From the NCBI GenBank assembly GCA_963678775.2, contig CAXXGR010000003.1, forward strand, positions 554-64,553: a DNA stretch of 64,000 nucleotides. The letters run 5' to 3'. Origin of the DNA: Candidatus Kapaibacterium sp. Its GTDB lineage: Bacteria; Bacteroidota; Ignavibacteria; Kapaibacteriales; UBA2268. Under the pieces are notes generated by a model, which was given only the letters and a program-made list of their open reading frames with translations, did no database searches and was not told the DNA's origin. Shown here in pieces: positions 10,059 to 19,612 of this stretch. A program made the position numbers and the translations under genes. Numbering within the stretch: the stretch's first letter is position 1; every line of letters starts with the position of its first letter.

Positions 10059-10271
10059 AGTGTCTATGTTTTAAGCCTAGATTTGCTGCAAATAGTAAAA
10101 TTTTGTAGCTATTGAGCCTGAACTTTATGCTAAACTGCTGCTGAATGTATTTGATACAAAAAAACTACTACAAATATATGTTTGCTTCAGATTACCTACT
10201 TCAATTTTACTCTTTATTCAGTAAGAATTTTACTATCTTTGCTATTTGATACACATCAAAAAGAGAATATA

Positions 10272-11111
10272 ATGGAAAAACGCATACAAGATATAATCGG
10301 AAAAGAATACAAATGCCTCGATCATGGTTTTATTCGCTTGGTCGATGTTATGGGGGATGATGCAGCTATAGTTCAGGCTGCCCGAGTTTCTTACGGACAA
10401 GGCACAAAAACTGTGAATGAAGACAGAGGTTTAATCAGATACCTAATGAGACATAAGCACACTAGCCCATTTGAGATGGTAGAACTTAAGTTTCATGTAA
10501 AGTTGCCTATTTTTATAGCTCGCCAATGGATTCGCCATCGCACTGCTAACGTAAATGAATATAGTGGCAGATACTCTGAGATGAAGGACGAATGTTATTT
10601 GCCGGAATTGGAGCAAATCAGATTGCAGTCTGCCAATAATAAACAGGGCAGATCAGAGGAAACTTTGGTTCAAGAAGATGGTAATGCAGTCCAAAATCTT
10701 TTGCAAGATGGTCAGGCGGGTGCATTTGGTGATTATAAAGAGATGCTGGAAATGGGTGTCGCCAGGGAGGTTGCTCGTATTAATCTTCCCCTTTCCACTT
10801 ATACAGAATGGTACTGGAAAATAGACTTGCATAACCTGCTTCATTTCATCAGACTTAGATTAGACAGTCATGCACAGTATGAAATCAGAGTCTTTGCTGA
10901 AGCTATAGCAGAAATGTTAAAAGTGATTGTACCTCTCACATGGGAAGCATTCGAAGATTTTACTTTATATAATGTAAATTTCTCACGCAAAGAAATTGCT
11001 GTGCTAAAAGAGATAATTACAGCAATGCCCAATGATGAGATGTTAGAAAAGAATGGCCTAAAAAAAGGCGAAGCCAGAGAGTTTTTAGAAAAATTAGACA
11101 AATTGAAATAG
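10272..11111 (+). CDS. thyX: Flavin-dependent thymidylate synthase
   Basis: ThyX signature RHRTANVNEYSGRYS (RHR-x7-S). The start is taken at MEKRIQD, because the upstream part of the listed ORF is low-complexity leader. Confidence 0.9.
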   Translation: MEKRIQDIIGKEYKCLDHGFIRLVDVMGDDAAIVQAARVSYGQGTKTVNEDRGLIRYLMRHKHTSPFEMVELKFHVKLPIFIARQWIRHRTANVNEYSGRYSEMKDECYLPELEQIRLQSANNKQGRSEETLVQEDGNAVQNLLQDGQAGAFGDYKEMLEMGVAREVARINLPLSTYTEWYWKIDLHNLLHFIRLRLDSHAQYEIRVFAEAIAEMLKVIVPLTWEAFEDFTLYNVNFSRKEIAVLKEIITAMPNDEMLEKNGLKKGEAREFLEKLDKLK

Positions 11112-11122
11112 GATTTTATTAG

Positions 11123-11827
11123 ATGAGATTACTTAAGATTTTATTGATGTTAGTTTTTACTTTTACATTTGTTTATGCTGCGAATGTAAATTCAATTTTG
11201 AAAAAGCACTTAGATGCTCGAGGCGGTAAAAAAGCTTTTGGTGAAATTAACTCGTTTAGAGTTACCGGAAAATTATCTACGCCTCTTATTGAAACTACTT
11301 TTGAGCTGATTTATAAATATCCTAATAAGATAAAAAATACTATCAGAGATTCGGCCGGTGCTTCTGTTTATATTGTAGACGGTGACAAAGCAGTATATAA
11401 AAATGCTCACTCTAAAGACTTAATCGCTCAGCACATGCCGGAAGCAATGAAAATCAATTTTATTGAACGATCTGATTTTTTAGAAGGAAGTCTTATAAAT
11501 TCTAAAGAGAAAGGAATTACTCCATCATATATCAAAAAGGCAGTGATAGATAATCGTATGGCATATTTAGTACGCTTGAGTTATTATTATGGCAAAGAAG
11601 AGATTGCCTGCGTCGATGCTACAACCTATGAGCATTACAAGACATATATAGATCAAGATAGTGTCCATATTGATTTTTTACTGCAGGACTACAGAGAGAA
11701 GTCCGGTCTTATGATACCATTTCATAGAATCAGCAAGCTAAATGGTCAAGTTATTGAAGATATGAAAATAGATAAAGTAGAGATAAATCCTGAGATAGAT
11801 GATTTAATATTTCAAGATATGAACTAA
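11123..11827 (+). CDS. Secreted hypothetical protein, possibly a LolA-like outer-membrane lipoprotein-sorting fold
   Basis: It has a signal peptide. The N-terminal ILKKHLDARGGKKAFGEINSFRVTGKL resembles LolA-like family openings. No catalytic motif is visible. Confidence 0.4.
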   Translation: MRLLKILLMLVFTFTFVYAANVNSILKKHLDARGGKKAFGEINSFRVTGKLSTPLIETTFELIYKYPNKIKNTIRDSAGASVYIVDGDKAVYKNAHSKDLIAQHMPEAMKINFIERSDFLEGSLINSKEKGITPSYIKKAVIDNRMAYLVRLSYYYGKEEIACVDATTYEHYKTYIDQDSVHIDFLLQDYREKSGLMIPFHRISKLNGQVIEDMKIDKVEINPEIDDLIFQDMN

Positions 11828-11852
11828 AGAAAAACAGAAAAATTTATGTATA

Positions 11853-11885
11853 AAAACCTCTTCATACTTGTAGAGGTTTTTTTTT
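11853..11885 (+). terminator. Terminator
   Basis: AAAACCTCT / AGAGGTTTT stem followed by a T-run. Confidence 0.7.
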
Positions 11886-12093
11886 GAGCTTTACTATAAA
11901 ATACTATTCCGAAATAAACCTTTATTTCCTAATATAAGTCATCTCAGTTTCTAGAAAGAAGTAGCTATTACAAGAAAACAAGCGTTTTATTTTAGATGTA
12001 TTTTCATGAATCTGTTCTTTTCAAGGAATATGGATGGAAATGCTTGCTACGCTTTTCCGCTATTACGATCTTGTCTTTTTGGAATAGACAATT

Positions 12094-12717
12094 TTACTTC
12101 AGTATTTCACCTGCTTCGTAGCTCCAGAAAAGGAGATCTAACTCATCGATTGGAATACCGATAAATTCCGCAAATTCCTGAAATTTAGCTTCTACCTCTA
12201 AGTAGCGTTTTTTGCCGGATATATTAGGGATTTCTGAGTAAACTTGGCAGCTAACTAAATGTTTTAAGATATGCCTGTCTAAAATACCAAGATTTCTATA
12301 TCCTATATTACGAAGATAATGTGCACTTTCTTTGAGTCCCATACCTTTTACATTATCAAAAAGCCAAAAGCGTTTTTCAATGTTTGTCATATCGCTCTCT
12401 AAAACAGCTTTTATCTCAGGCCACTGCTCCCTAACTTCCAATAATCGTTGTGCTTTTTGATTATGGAATCGGATATAGTGAGATTTATCGTTTAAAATAT
12501 CAACAGGATCAAAAGGCTTTTCGTAAAAGTTACGTTCAGCCAATTTCTTCTGCACTTGCCATGCATTAGCTGCTTTTGATTGAGGCGTGCAGATACAAAA
12601 GCATAGTTCATAAAAATACTCTTCTTTGGGAATTGCAGAGAACTCTACCAGCCTCTTTTTGATAGCAAGCTTGTTTCTGTCATAACCTTCTCTAACCGAA
12701 TCGGGTAGTATATACAT
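12094..12717 (-). CDS. 8-oxoguanine DNA glycosylase/AP lyase, Ogg2 (archaeal-type) family
   Basis: HhH-GPD region VKGMGLKESAHYLRNIGYRNLGILDRHILKHL carries the catalytic Lys and Asp spacing. The start is set at MYILPDS (207 aa). The 61 upstream codons of the listed ORF look non-coding. Confidence 0.75.
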   Translation of the reverse strand: MYILPDSVREGYDRNKLAIKKRLVEFSAIPKEEYFYELCFCICTPQSKAANAWQVQKKLAERNFYEKPFDPVDILNDKSHYIRFHNQKAQRLLEVREQWPEIKAVLESDMTNIEKRFWLFDNVKGMGLKESAHYLRNIGYRNLGILDRHILKHLVSCQVYSEIPNISGKKRYLEVEAKFQEFAEFIGIPIDELDLLFWSYEAGEILK

Positions 12718-13383
12718 AATATCAGTGTCATATTTTACAAAACCAATTAAAAGGCGTATTAAAATGAATTTTATTTGGAAGATTATGGGAATAGTCACAA
12801 GATTAGATTTAGCATACGAAGCATGCACTAGTGTCAAATATAATCGAAAATACAATAGTATTAGATATTTGTAATAGTGTGGTTGTTTGGGATGATTCAT
12901 GTTTTACACATTACACTATACAGATGCTAATGAAATGAATAAACTGAGTAAGATTTTTAGTGTGAGGATTATTAGTGTTTGAAACAGTCCAAAAGATTTG
13001 CGAATAGTTAAAGTAAAAGTATGATACAACTGACTAACTTTATAATCAGTTGTATCATATCTATATTAATCAACTAATTCAGCTTGGATTGCTAAAAATT
13101 CTTCTTTTGAAACAACTTCTGTAGTGGGATTATTGTCTTCATCAAAAGTTGTTACCATATATCCATAAGGGTCAAAACCATGTAGAGCGGCAATAGCAGG
13201 ATCTACCAATACATTACCTTTAACTGTATAGCCACTTTGGCCATAAAGTATAAAATAATATCTATAATATGTCTAAACCAGACCCTGTAAAATCAACACT
13301 TGATAAAATCAATAGATATATCACAGAATTAGAAAAGTTGATTGAAGAGAAAAAGTAAAAATCTCTCAATAAATCATTTTATT

Positions 13384-13413
13384 AGCTTCGGTATGCGTAT
13401 CGAAGCTTTTTTT
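13384..13413 (+). terminator. Terminator following a 29-codon ORF (13269-13358)
   Basis: AGCTTCG / CGAAGCT stem followed by seven T. Confidence 0.55.
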
Positions 13414-13424
13414 GTACTTATCGC

Positions 13425-13468
13425 TCAAAATAAAAATTCCTCACCATAGAAATTTCTAGTGAGGAATT
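13425..13468 (-). terminator. Terminator of the cupin gene
   Basis: AATTCCTCAC / GTGAGGAATT 10-bp stem. On the minus strand it is followed by TTTTATTTTG. Confidence 0.65.
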
Positions 13469-13495
13469 GTTTAGTTTATCGCATGAATCACTATT

Positions 13496-13834
13496 TTACA
13501 ATAGCTGCGCTTTTGCTGTAGGCGCCGGGGCTTTGACTACTAAAATTCTAGCAAGTGCTTCAGCGTCATTTTTGATGTAATGCTTGATATCCTTTGGACT
13601 TTCGATTACGTCATCGTGCTTGGCCACATACTCCTCATCACCAACAATTATCGTAGGAGTTCCTTCCAAAATGTAAAAGAAAACATCTACGGGGGTGATA
13701 TGTGGACGGAGAGATTCCCCTTTATTTAGAGAAATGTGCATTGCATGCGCATTATCTTTTGCATATACTTGTTTTATATCTAAGCCGTGAGGCGTTTTCC
13801 TGACTTCTTCAGTTTGATAGTTTTTTATATTCAT
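13496..13834 (-). CDS. Cupin domain protein
   Basis: 112-aa protein with cupin-like motifs (GESLRPHITP....FYILEG and H at DIKHYIKN). Confidence 0.7.
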   Translation of the reverse strand: MNIKNYQTEEVRKTPHGLDIKQVYAKDNAHAMHISLNKGESLRPHITPVDVFFYILEGTPTIIVGDEEYVAKHDDVIESPKDIKHYIKNDAEALARILVVKAPAPTAKAQLL

Positions 13835-13918
13835 TGTTCTACCCGAATATTTTGCATAAAATAGTTACATAGTCATAAACGGACATATTTATCTGATATT
13901 ATTAGTCAAGTTAAAAAA

Positions 13919-14452
13919 TCAATTCCTATTCTCTCGTATCAAAGTAAACATCTCTTTGCCATAAATCACAAAAGAATAAAACAGAACAGACGCTACTATT
14001 GGTTCGCCAAAACTCGCAGCATAAGGCACTTCATAGAAAGCTAAGATTAATTGTAAAGCTAAAATATTTACGGCTATTTTGCCAGTCTTATTCGATGGGA
14101 TGATGTATCCTAACTTACCCTTCGCCCATAGGCCACCAAGTAAAATAATCAAATCCCTTCCAAAAACTACCCCTATGTACCAAGTAGACAGCACACTCGT
14201 TAGTAGCATAGCTATCCCAGCAGCAGCCACTGCCATTTTGTCACCTATTGGATCAAGTATTTTACCAAGCTCACTTATCTGATTGAATTTCCTTGCCAGA
14301 TAGCCATCAGCATAGTCACTAATAACCATTAAGACTATAAGCCCTCCCACCAATAGCTTTTCATCATAATAAATAGCAATTCCAAAAGGAATGGACATTA
14401 AAATCCTAATCAAGCTAATTATGTTTGATATCGTCCAAACTTTATTATTCAT
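13919..14452 (-). CDS. CDP-alcohol phosphatidyltransferase family protein
   Basis: Complete family motif D-x2-DG-x2-AR-x8-G-x3-D-x3-D in DYADGYLARKFNQISELGKILDPIGDK. The protein is polytopic. Confidence 0.85.
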   Translation of the reverse strand: MNNKVWTISNIISLIRILMSIPFGIAIYYDEKLLVGGLIVLMVISDYADGYLARKFNQISELGKILDPIGDKMAVAAAGIAMLLTSVLSTWYIGVVFGRDLIILLGGLWAKGKLGYIIPSNKTGKIAVNILALQLILAFYEVPYAASFGEPIVASVLFYSFVIYGKEMFTLIRENRN

Positions 14453-15830
14453 ATTTGACTCTTTTCACAAAAATTGAAGTAAAAATTAGAGACATTAGTA
14501 TGCCGGGAAGCATTGCTTCTATTCCCGATACAAAACTAACTGAAAACTCAGCCAATACCATCCATAAAAATGATGTAAGAGAACCTACTAACATTATTAG
14601 TGAGGCATGACCTGCTTTTAAATAATAGCTACTGCTAAAACTAAGTAGCAATGGGAGTAACAATCCCGGCACAGCTATACTGCTGGTTTTATAAATTAAA
14701 TCTATAACAGAAGGTAAAGCCGTTGCCAGTAAAATACTTAGTATTGCTGTGATAACTAAGCCTACTCGGGTTAGCTTTTGGGTGCTGATTTTGCTAAAAG
14801 CACGCATTTTCTTGAGTAAATCATTCCCGATAGTGGTAGCACTTAGGAAGGCATAGCTGTCTAAAGTAGACATCACTGTGGCAATAAGTGCAGTCATAAA
14901 GACTCCTTTCCAAATAGGAGGCAACACTACTTCCCCTAATGTAGGATATGCCATAAGTGGGTTGGCTATTTCAAAAAATGCTTTAGCATACAAGCCTGTA
15001 CTCAAAGTCATAGCATCAAATATCATCCAAAAGAATACTGAAATTAGGATGCCGTTTCGTGCAATATTTGGAGTTTTTGCTGCTGCACATCTCTGATGAA
15101 ATCCGGGATCGATAAACGTCTGTAGCGATATAATAAACCAAACTGCTACATACTGCCAAGAGTTCCCACCTGCCGGCTCTAAATGCTTAGCAGGTAGCTT
15201 ATCAGTCAAGTCAAAGACACTACCATAAGTAGTATATGAAAAATACAAAAGTGCAGCAAACCCAAGATACATTATAATAAATTGTGCGAAATTAGTACGA
15301 ATATCTGCTTTCAAACCACCTGTATAAATATATACAAGAGATATAACAGCCCCTACTAAAATAGAATTGAACAAGCCCCAGGAGGTAAACATATCTATAA
15401 TTACCCCGAGCATCAAAATATAGGATGCAGGTAAGGTAATTATCAGTACAATAATAGAAGCGAGTGTTCCTGCAATTCCACCATACTTTGAAGCAATCTG
15501 GTCAGGTATCGTAAGTATATTAGAATTTCGTATTTTCTTGGAAATAAACAAAGCAAAAAGCGTAGCAGAAATATAGTAAGGCAAAGCAAAACACACCCAG
15601 GCTAGTATGCCTGAGTTATAAACAAATTCGCCCACTCCAAGTATGCTCCCATACCAAGTAGCTACAAGAGTACCAACAAAAAAAGGCAGGGTTACTTTTC
15701 GCCCTGCCAGTATAAAGTTTTCTGTATTGTCTTTATCGTCACTATCTGATTTAGAAGAGCGAAATCCGATAAAGAGAACCATTATTACATAAAGTGCTAT
15801 AACAGCCAAGTCTGCGGCTGAAGGAGTCAT
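14445..15830 (-). CDS. Sodium:solute symporter (SSS) family transporter
   Basis: 461-aa protein with about 12-13 TM segments and SSS-like blocks (FILAGRKVTLPF, GGLKADIRTNFAQF). Its stop overlaps the start of the downstream phosphatidyltransferase by 8 nt. Confidence 0.75.
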   Translation of the reverse strand: MTPSAADLAVIALYVIMVLFIGFRSSKSDSDDKDNTENFILAGRKVTLPFFVGTLVATWYGSILGVGEFVYNSGILAWVCFALPYYISATLFALFISKKIRNSNILTIPDQIASKYGGIAGTLASIIVLIITLPASYILMLGVIIDMFTSWGLFNSILVGAVISLVYIYTGGLKADIRTNFAQFIIMYLGFAALLYFSYTTYGSVFDLTDKLPAKHLEPAGGNSWQYVAVWFIISLQTFIDPGFHQRCAAAKTPNIARNGILISVFFWMIFDAMTLSTGLYAKAFFEIANPLMAYPTLGEVVLPPIWKGVFMTALIATVMSTLDSYAFLSATTIGNDLLKKMRAFSKISTQKLTRVGLVITAILSILLATALPSVIDLIYKTSSIAVPGLLLPLLLSFSSSYYLKAGHASLIMLVGSLTSFLWMVLAEFSVSFVSGIEAMLPGILMSLIFTSIFVKRVKYE

Positions 15831-15857
15831 CTCTTAAACCTATTTACATAAATAATA

Positions 15858-16781
15858 TTACTTTAAAGCTGCTTTAAAAGCATCTACAGTGTGTTTCATG
15901 CCTTCATCAAATACCATTTTCGGAGACCAGCCATGCATGTTTTCATATTTAGCATAAGAACACACGCTCCTTCTTTGCTCTCCGGCTTTAGCAGGTCCGT
16001 GAAACTCTTCGCTTCTACTTGCTGTAAGTTCTTTCAGTCTACGGAAAATATGATTTACATCTGTTTCTACGCCGGTAGTTACATTATAAATTCCATTTAC
16101 CTCTGAATCCAATGCTTTTACATTTGCAGCCACTACATCATCAATATAGATATAGTCTCGAGTAATGAGACCATCGCCATTGATTATGGGTTGTTCGCCG
16201 GATAGCATCTTATTGATAAATATAGCCACAACACCAGCCTCTCCATGAGGATTTTGGCGGGCACCATATACATTCCCGTATCGGAGTACGACTCTGTCAA
16301 TGCCATAAACTGATTGGTAATAGAATAAATAGTGCTCTGTGCTCAATTTGGAAATACCGTAAGGAGAGCAAGGGGCTTTCCTATCATCTTCATCTGCAGG
16401 AAATTTTTCCTGTTCACCATAAATAGTACCACCTGAAGAAGCAAATATAATTTTTTTAACGCCGGACTGTTTAGCCGCCTCAAAAACATTAATGCTTCCA
16501 ATGATGTTAGTATTGGCATCAAATTTAGGATTATCCACTGAAACTCGCACATTCATCTGAGCTGCATGGTGACTGATAACGTCGAACTTTTCATTTTTAA
16601 ATATATCCGAAATGTTATCATCATTTATATCAGCTTCTATTACTTTGGCTTTGGGGTTGACATTTTCTCTTTTACCTGAAGAAAAATTATCAAGGATAGT
16701 TACAGAGTGGCCTAAGTTGATATAAGCATCTGTAATATGAGATCCGATAAATCCGGCGCCGCCGGTAACTAATATTTTCAT
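15858..16781 (-). CDS. NAD-dependent epimerase/dehydratase (UDP-glucose 4-epimerase-like SDR)
   Basis: TGGAGFIGSH Rossmann motif and catalytic YGISK (YxxxK). Confidence 0.85.
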   Translation of the reverse strand: MKILVTGGAGFIGSHITDAYINLGHSVTILDNFSSGKRENVNPKAKVIEADINDDNISDIFKNEKFDVISHHAAQMNVRVSVDNPKFDANTNIIGSINVFEAAKQSGVKKIIFASSGGTIYGEQEKFPADEDDRKAPCSPYGISKLSTEHYLFYYQSVYGIDRVVLRYGNVYGARQNPHGEAGVVAIFINKMLSGEQPIINGDGLITRDYIYIDDVVAANVKALDSEVNGIYNVTTGVETDVNHIFRRLKELTASRSEEFHGPAKAGEQRRSVCSYAKYENMHGWSPKMVFDEGMKHTVDAFKAALK

Positions 16782-16966
16782 TATGCGATTTCCATTTTTA
16801 TCAATTAGCTATATCAAAAATACAAAAAAAAAGAGAAAAGCTTACTGAAAACCTTATAAAAAGGGTAGTTAGGAATGATGTAATCACAAGTGAGCGAAAT
16901 AATATCAAAAAAATTGTTAACTTTCGTTTATTTTGACAAAAAAATTGCTTATTTTAATAGATAGAA

Positions 16967-17770
16967 ATGCAAATTATAAACAAAAGTATAAAAACACACA
17001 TGCATTACACAATGCCTATTACGCAAAGGCTCAAAAAGCTAATAAAATCCCTACACCAAAAACAATTCAGAGATCAAAATGATTTGTTTGTAGCAGAAGG
17101 TCAAAGATTATGTGAGGAAATCATCGAAAGCGACTTCTTAGCAGAATTACTTGTAGTCAAAGATTCTCCTACACAGGAAGTAACTGAAATAGTAGATTAT
17201 TTTGCAGATAAAGGTATCCCTGTCTATACAGCACCTAAGCATCAGTTTGATCAGATTTGCAATACTAAAACTCCTCAAGGCATCATAACTGTAGTAAATA
17301 ATAAAAACCCTGAGCTGTTACCTGACGAACCTTTTATTGCCTTAGATGCTGTTGCTGATCCCGGAAATATAGGAACAATCATACGCACAGCAAACTGGTT
17401 TGGATATAAACAAGTAATATTAGGCAGAGATTGTGCGGATAAATACAATCCAAAAACTGTACGCTCCACAATGGGTGCAATTTTTAAAACTCAAGTGCAT
17501 CACACTCATGACTTGGCAGGTTTTATAAAAGAGCATTTTCCTAAACACCAATTATTAGGTGCTAGCGTCAATACAAAAACAGAACTTGAATCTTTAAGTT
17601 TCAAAGATGAAAAGCAATATGGTGTATTTTTTGGCAGTGAAGCTAATGGCTTGTCAGCTGAAATAGAAGCTATCCTTGATAAAGAGTATATAATTCCCGG
17701 AATTGGGAAACAGGAATCATTAAATGTAGCTGTCTCTGTTGGTATTTCATTATATCATTTAACTAAATAG
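16967..17770 (+). CDS. TrmH/SpoU-family RNA 2'-O-methyltransferase
   Basis: SpoU motifs DPGNIGTIIRTANWFG, FGSEANGLS and SLNVAVSVGISLY. An alternative start is near 17000. Confidence 0.85.
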   Translation: MQIINKSIKTHMHYTMPITQRLKKLIKSLHQKQFRDQNDLFVAEGQRLCEEIIESDFLAELLVVKDSPTQEVTEIVDYFADKGIPVYTAPKHQFDQICNTKTPQGIITVVNNKNPELLPDEPFIALDAVADPGNIGTIIRTANWFGYKQVILGRDCADKYNPKTVRSTMGAIFKTQVHHTHDLAGFIKEHFPKHQLLGASVNTKTELESLSFKDEKQYGVFFGSEANGLSAEIEAILDKEYIIPGIGKQESLNVAVSVGISLYHLTK

Positions 17771-17905
17771 CATATAATGCTTTGATTTTTTTAAATACGC
17801 CGTTAAATGATATTAATGCCTATTGTGTTTGCATTGCTTTTCGTAAATTAAACATACTAAACGAGTTCTTTACGAAATTTATCAAACATTGTTTCAGGAA
17901 TATTT

Positions 17906-18592
17906 ATGGTTGCAGAAACTATATTCAAATTGCTGTTGATTGCAGTGCTTAGCTATTTAGTAGGAGCAATTCCGTCAGCAGTATGGATCAGTAAGAAATT
18001 TTTTGGATATGATATACGAGAAAAAGGTAGCGGGAATATGGGAAGCACTAACGCTTTTCGTGTACTTGGCTGGAAATGGGGAATTGTAGTACAACTTATG
18101 GACGTGCTGAAAGGAATTTTGGCAGTTATTGTAGTTGCAGGTATTTTAGGTAATGGTTTAGCAATACCAAACGCCACTTCATTTGAAGATATTACACTTA
18201 TCAAAATCGGCGCAGGAATGCTTGCCGTTGTGGGTCATATTTGGACTTGCTTTGCTGGGTTTAAAGGTGGAAAAGGTATCAACACTGCTGCAGGAATGCT
18301 AATTGGTCTTGCACCGATAGATGTCAGTATTGCATTAGGAATTTTCCTAATTGCCGTTGTGTTATCAGGTTACATATCTCTCGGTTCCATAATGGCTGCT
18401 TTTACAGTCCCTTCTTCCATGTTTGTCAGATATAATTTCCTACATATAGACATCCCTGGCTATCAGCAGTTAATATATTTCTGTTTAGCACTTTTTGCAT
18501 TAGTTGTATTCACTCATAGAGCTAATATTAAAAGGCTGCTTGCAGGGAACGAAAACAGATTCAAAAAACTTCAAATCTTTCACAAAAGTTAA
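17906..18592 (+). CDS. plsY: Glycerol-3-phosphate acyltransferase PlsY
   Basis: GSGNMGSTNAFRVLG and FKGGKGINTAAG motifs. Confidence 0.9.
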   Translation: MVAETIFKLLLIAVLSYLVGAIPSAVWISKKFFGYDIREKGSGNMGSTNAFRVLGWKWGIVVQLMDVLKGILAVIVVAGILGNGLAIPNATSFEDITLIKIGAGMLAVVGHIWTCFAGFKGGKGINTAAGMLIGLAPIDVSIALGIFLIAVVLSGYISLGSIMAAFTVPSSMFVRYNFLHIDIPGYQQLIYFCLALFALVVFTHRANIKRLLAGNENRFKKLQIFHKS

Positions 18593-18615
18593 TATAGCGT
18601 GGAGCTAAGAGGAAA

Positions 18616-19611
18616 TTGAAGAAAATTACAGTTATCGGGGCCGGAGGCTGGGGGACTGCCCTTGCCTCCGTTCTTGCGAAAAATGGAAACAGCGTCAATC
18701 TTTGGACTCATGAAATCAATGTCATTGACGAAGTAAATAATAAAAGAACAAACTCTACTTATCTGCCTAATATTGAAATTCATAAGAATATTACTGCTAC
18801 AAATTCTAAAGAGAGCATTGCAGAATCAGACATTTTGATAAACGCAGTACCTACTAAATTTATTAGAAGTCTTTACCATGATATAAATGTTGATATCTCT
18901 TATAAGATATTGATTAATGCTTCTAAGGGCATAGAGCAAAGTACTTCATTTAGGATTTCTCAGATTTTCAATGATGCGTGCAGAGTAGATTTTAAAAACT
19001 ACGTTGCTCTGACAGGGCCTTCTCATGCGGAAGAAGTAATAAAAGATGTACCGACGACAGTAATTGCTGCATCGGTAGATCATGACAAGGCTGTTTTAGT
19101 ACAGGAGCTACTATCTACACCCACTTTCAGAATTTATACTTCTGATGATTTGATTGGTGCTGAAATTGGCGGTGCTATTAAAAATGTGATTGCAATCGCA
19201 GCCGGAATTATTGATGGGCTTGCCATGGGCGACAATACGAAAGCGGCACTGATCACCAGAGGCTTGGCGGAAATGAGTAGAGTTGGCGACGAAATGGGTG
19301 CTAACATTAGAACTTTTTCTGGTCTTTCGGGGCTTGGCGATTTATTTGTTACTTGTAACTCAGCTCACAGCCGTAACCGCTCAGTTGGCGAAAGAATCGG
19401 CAAAGGCGAAAAATACGCTGATATTGCTCGCTCAATGAAGATGATTGCTGAGGGCGTATTTACTACAAAAGCAGTAGTAGAATTATGCGAAAAGCTCGAG
19501 GTAGAAATGCCTATTGCAGATCAAATAAATAATATACTCTTTTATGATAAATGCCCAAAAGAAGCAATCCGAGACCTTATGCAAAGAGAATCTAAAAAGG
19601 AATGGTGGTAA
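18616..19611 (+). CDS. gpsA: NAD(P)H-dependent glycerol-3-phosphate dehydrogenase
   Basis: ITVIGAGGWGTALA Rossmann motif and GAIKNVIAIAAG. TTG start is preceded by AAGAGGA. Confidence 0.9.
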   Translation: MKKITVIGAGGWGTALASVLAKNGNSVNLWTHEINVIDEVNNKRTNSTYLPNIEIHKNITATNSKESIAESDILINAVPTKFIRSLYHDINVDISYKILINASKGIEQSTSFRISQIFNDACRVDFKNYVALTGPSHAEEVIKDVPTTVIAASVDHDKAVLVQELLSTPTFRIYTSDDLIGAEIGGAIKNVIAIAAGIIDGLAMGDNTKAALITRGLAEMSRVGDEMGANIRTFSGLSGLGDLFVTCNSAHSRNRSVGERIGKGEKYADIARSMKMIAEGVFTTKAVVELCEKLEVEMPIADQINNILFYDKCPKEAIRDLMQRESKKEWW

Positions 19612-19612
19612 T

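Noticed and set aside
12718-12900. N-terminal extensions of listed ORFs (12718-12900, 10182-10271, 53546-53590, 63099-63227, 39107-39157, 42347-42382, 35380-35394).
   Set aside because: The extensions have non-protein-like composition. They precede an internal Met that gives the canonical family N-terminus or a proper signal peptide or lipobox, so shorter starts were adopted.
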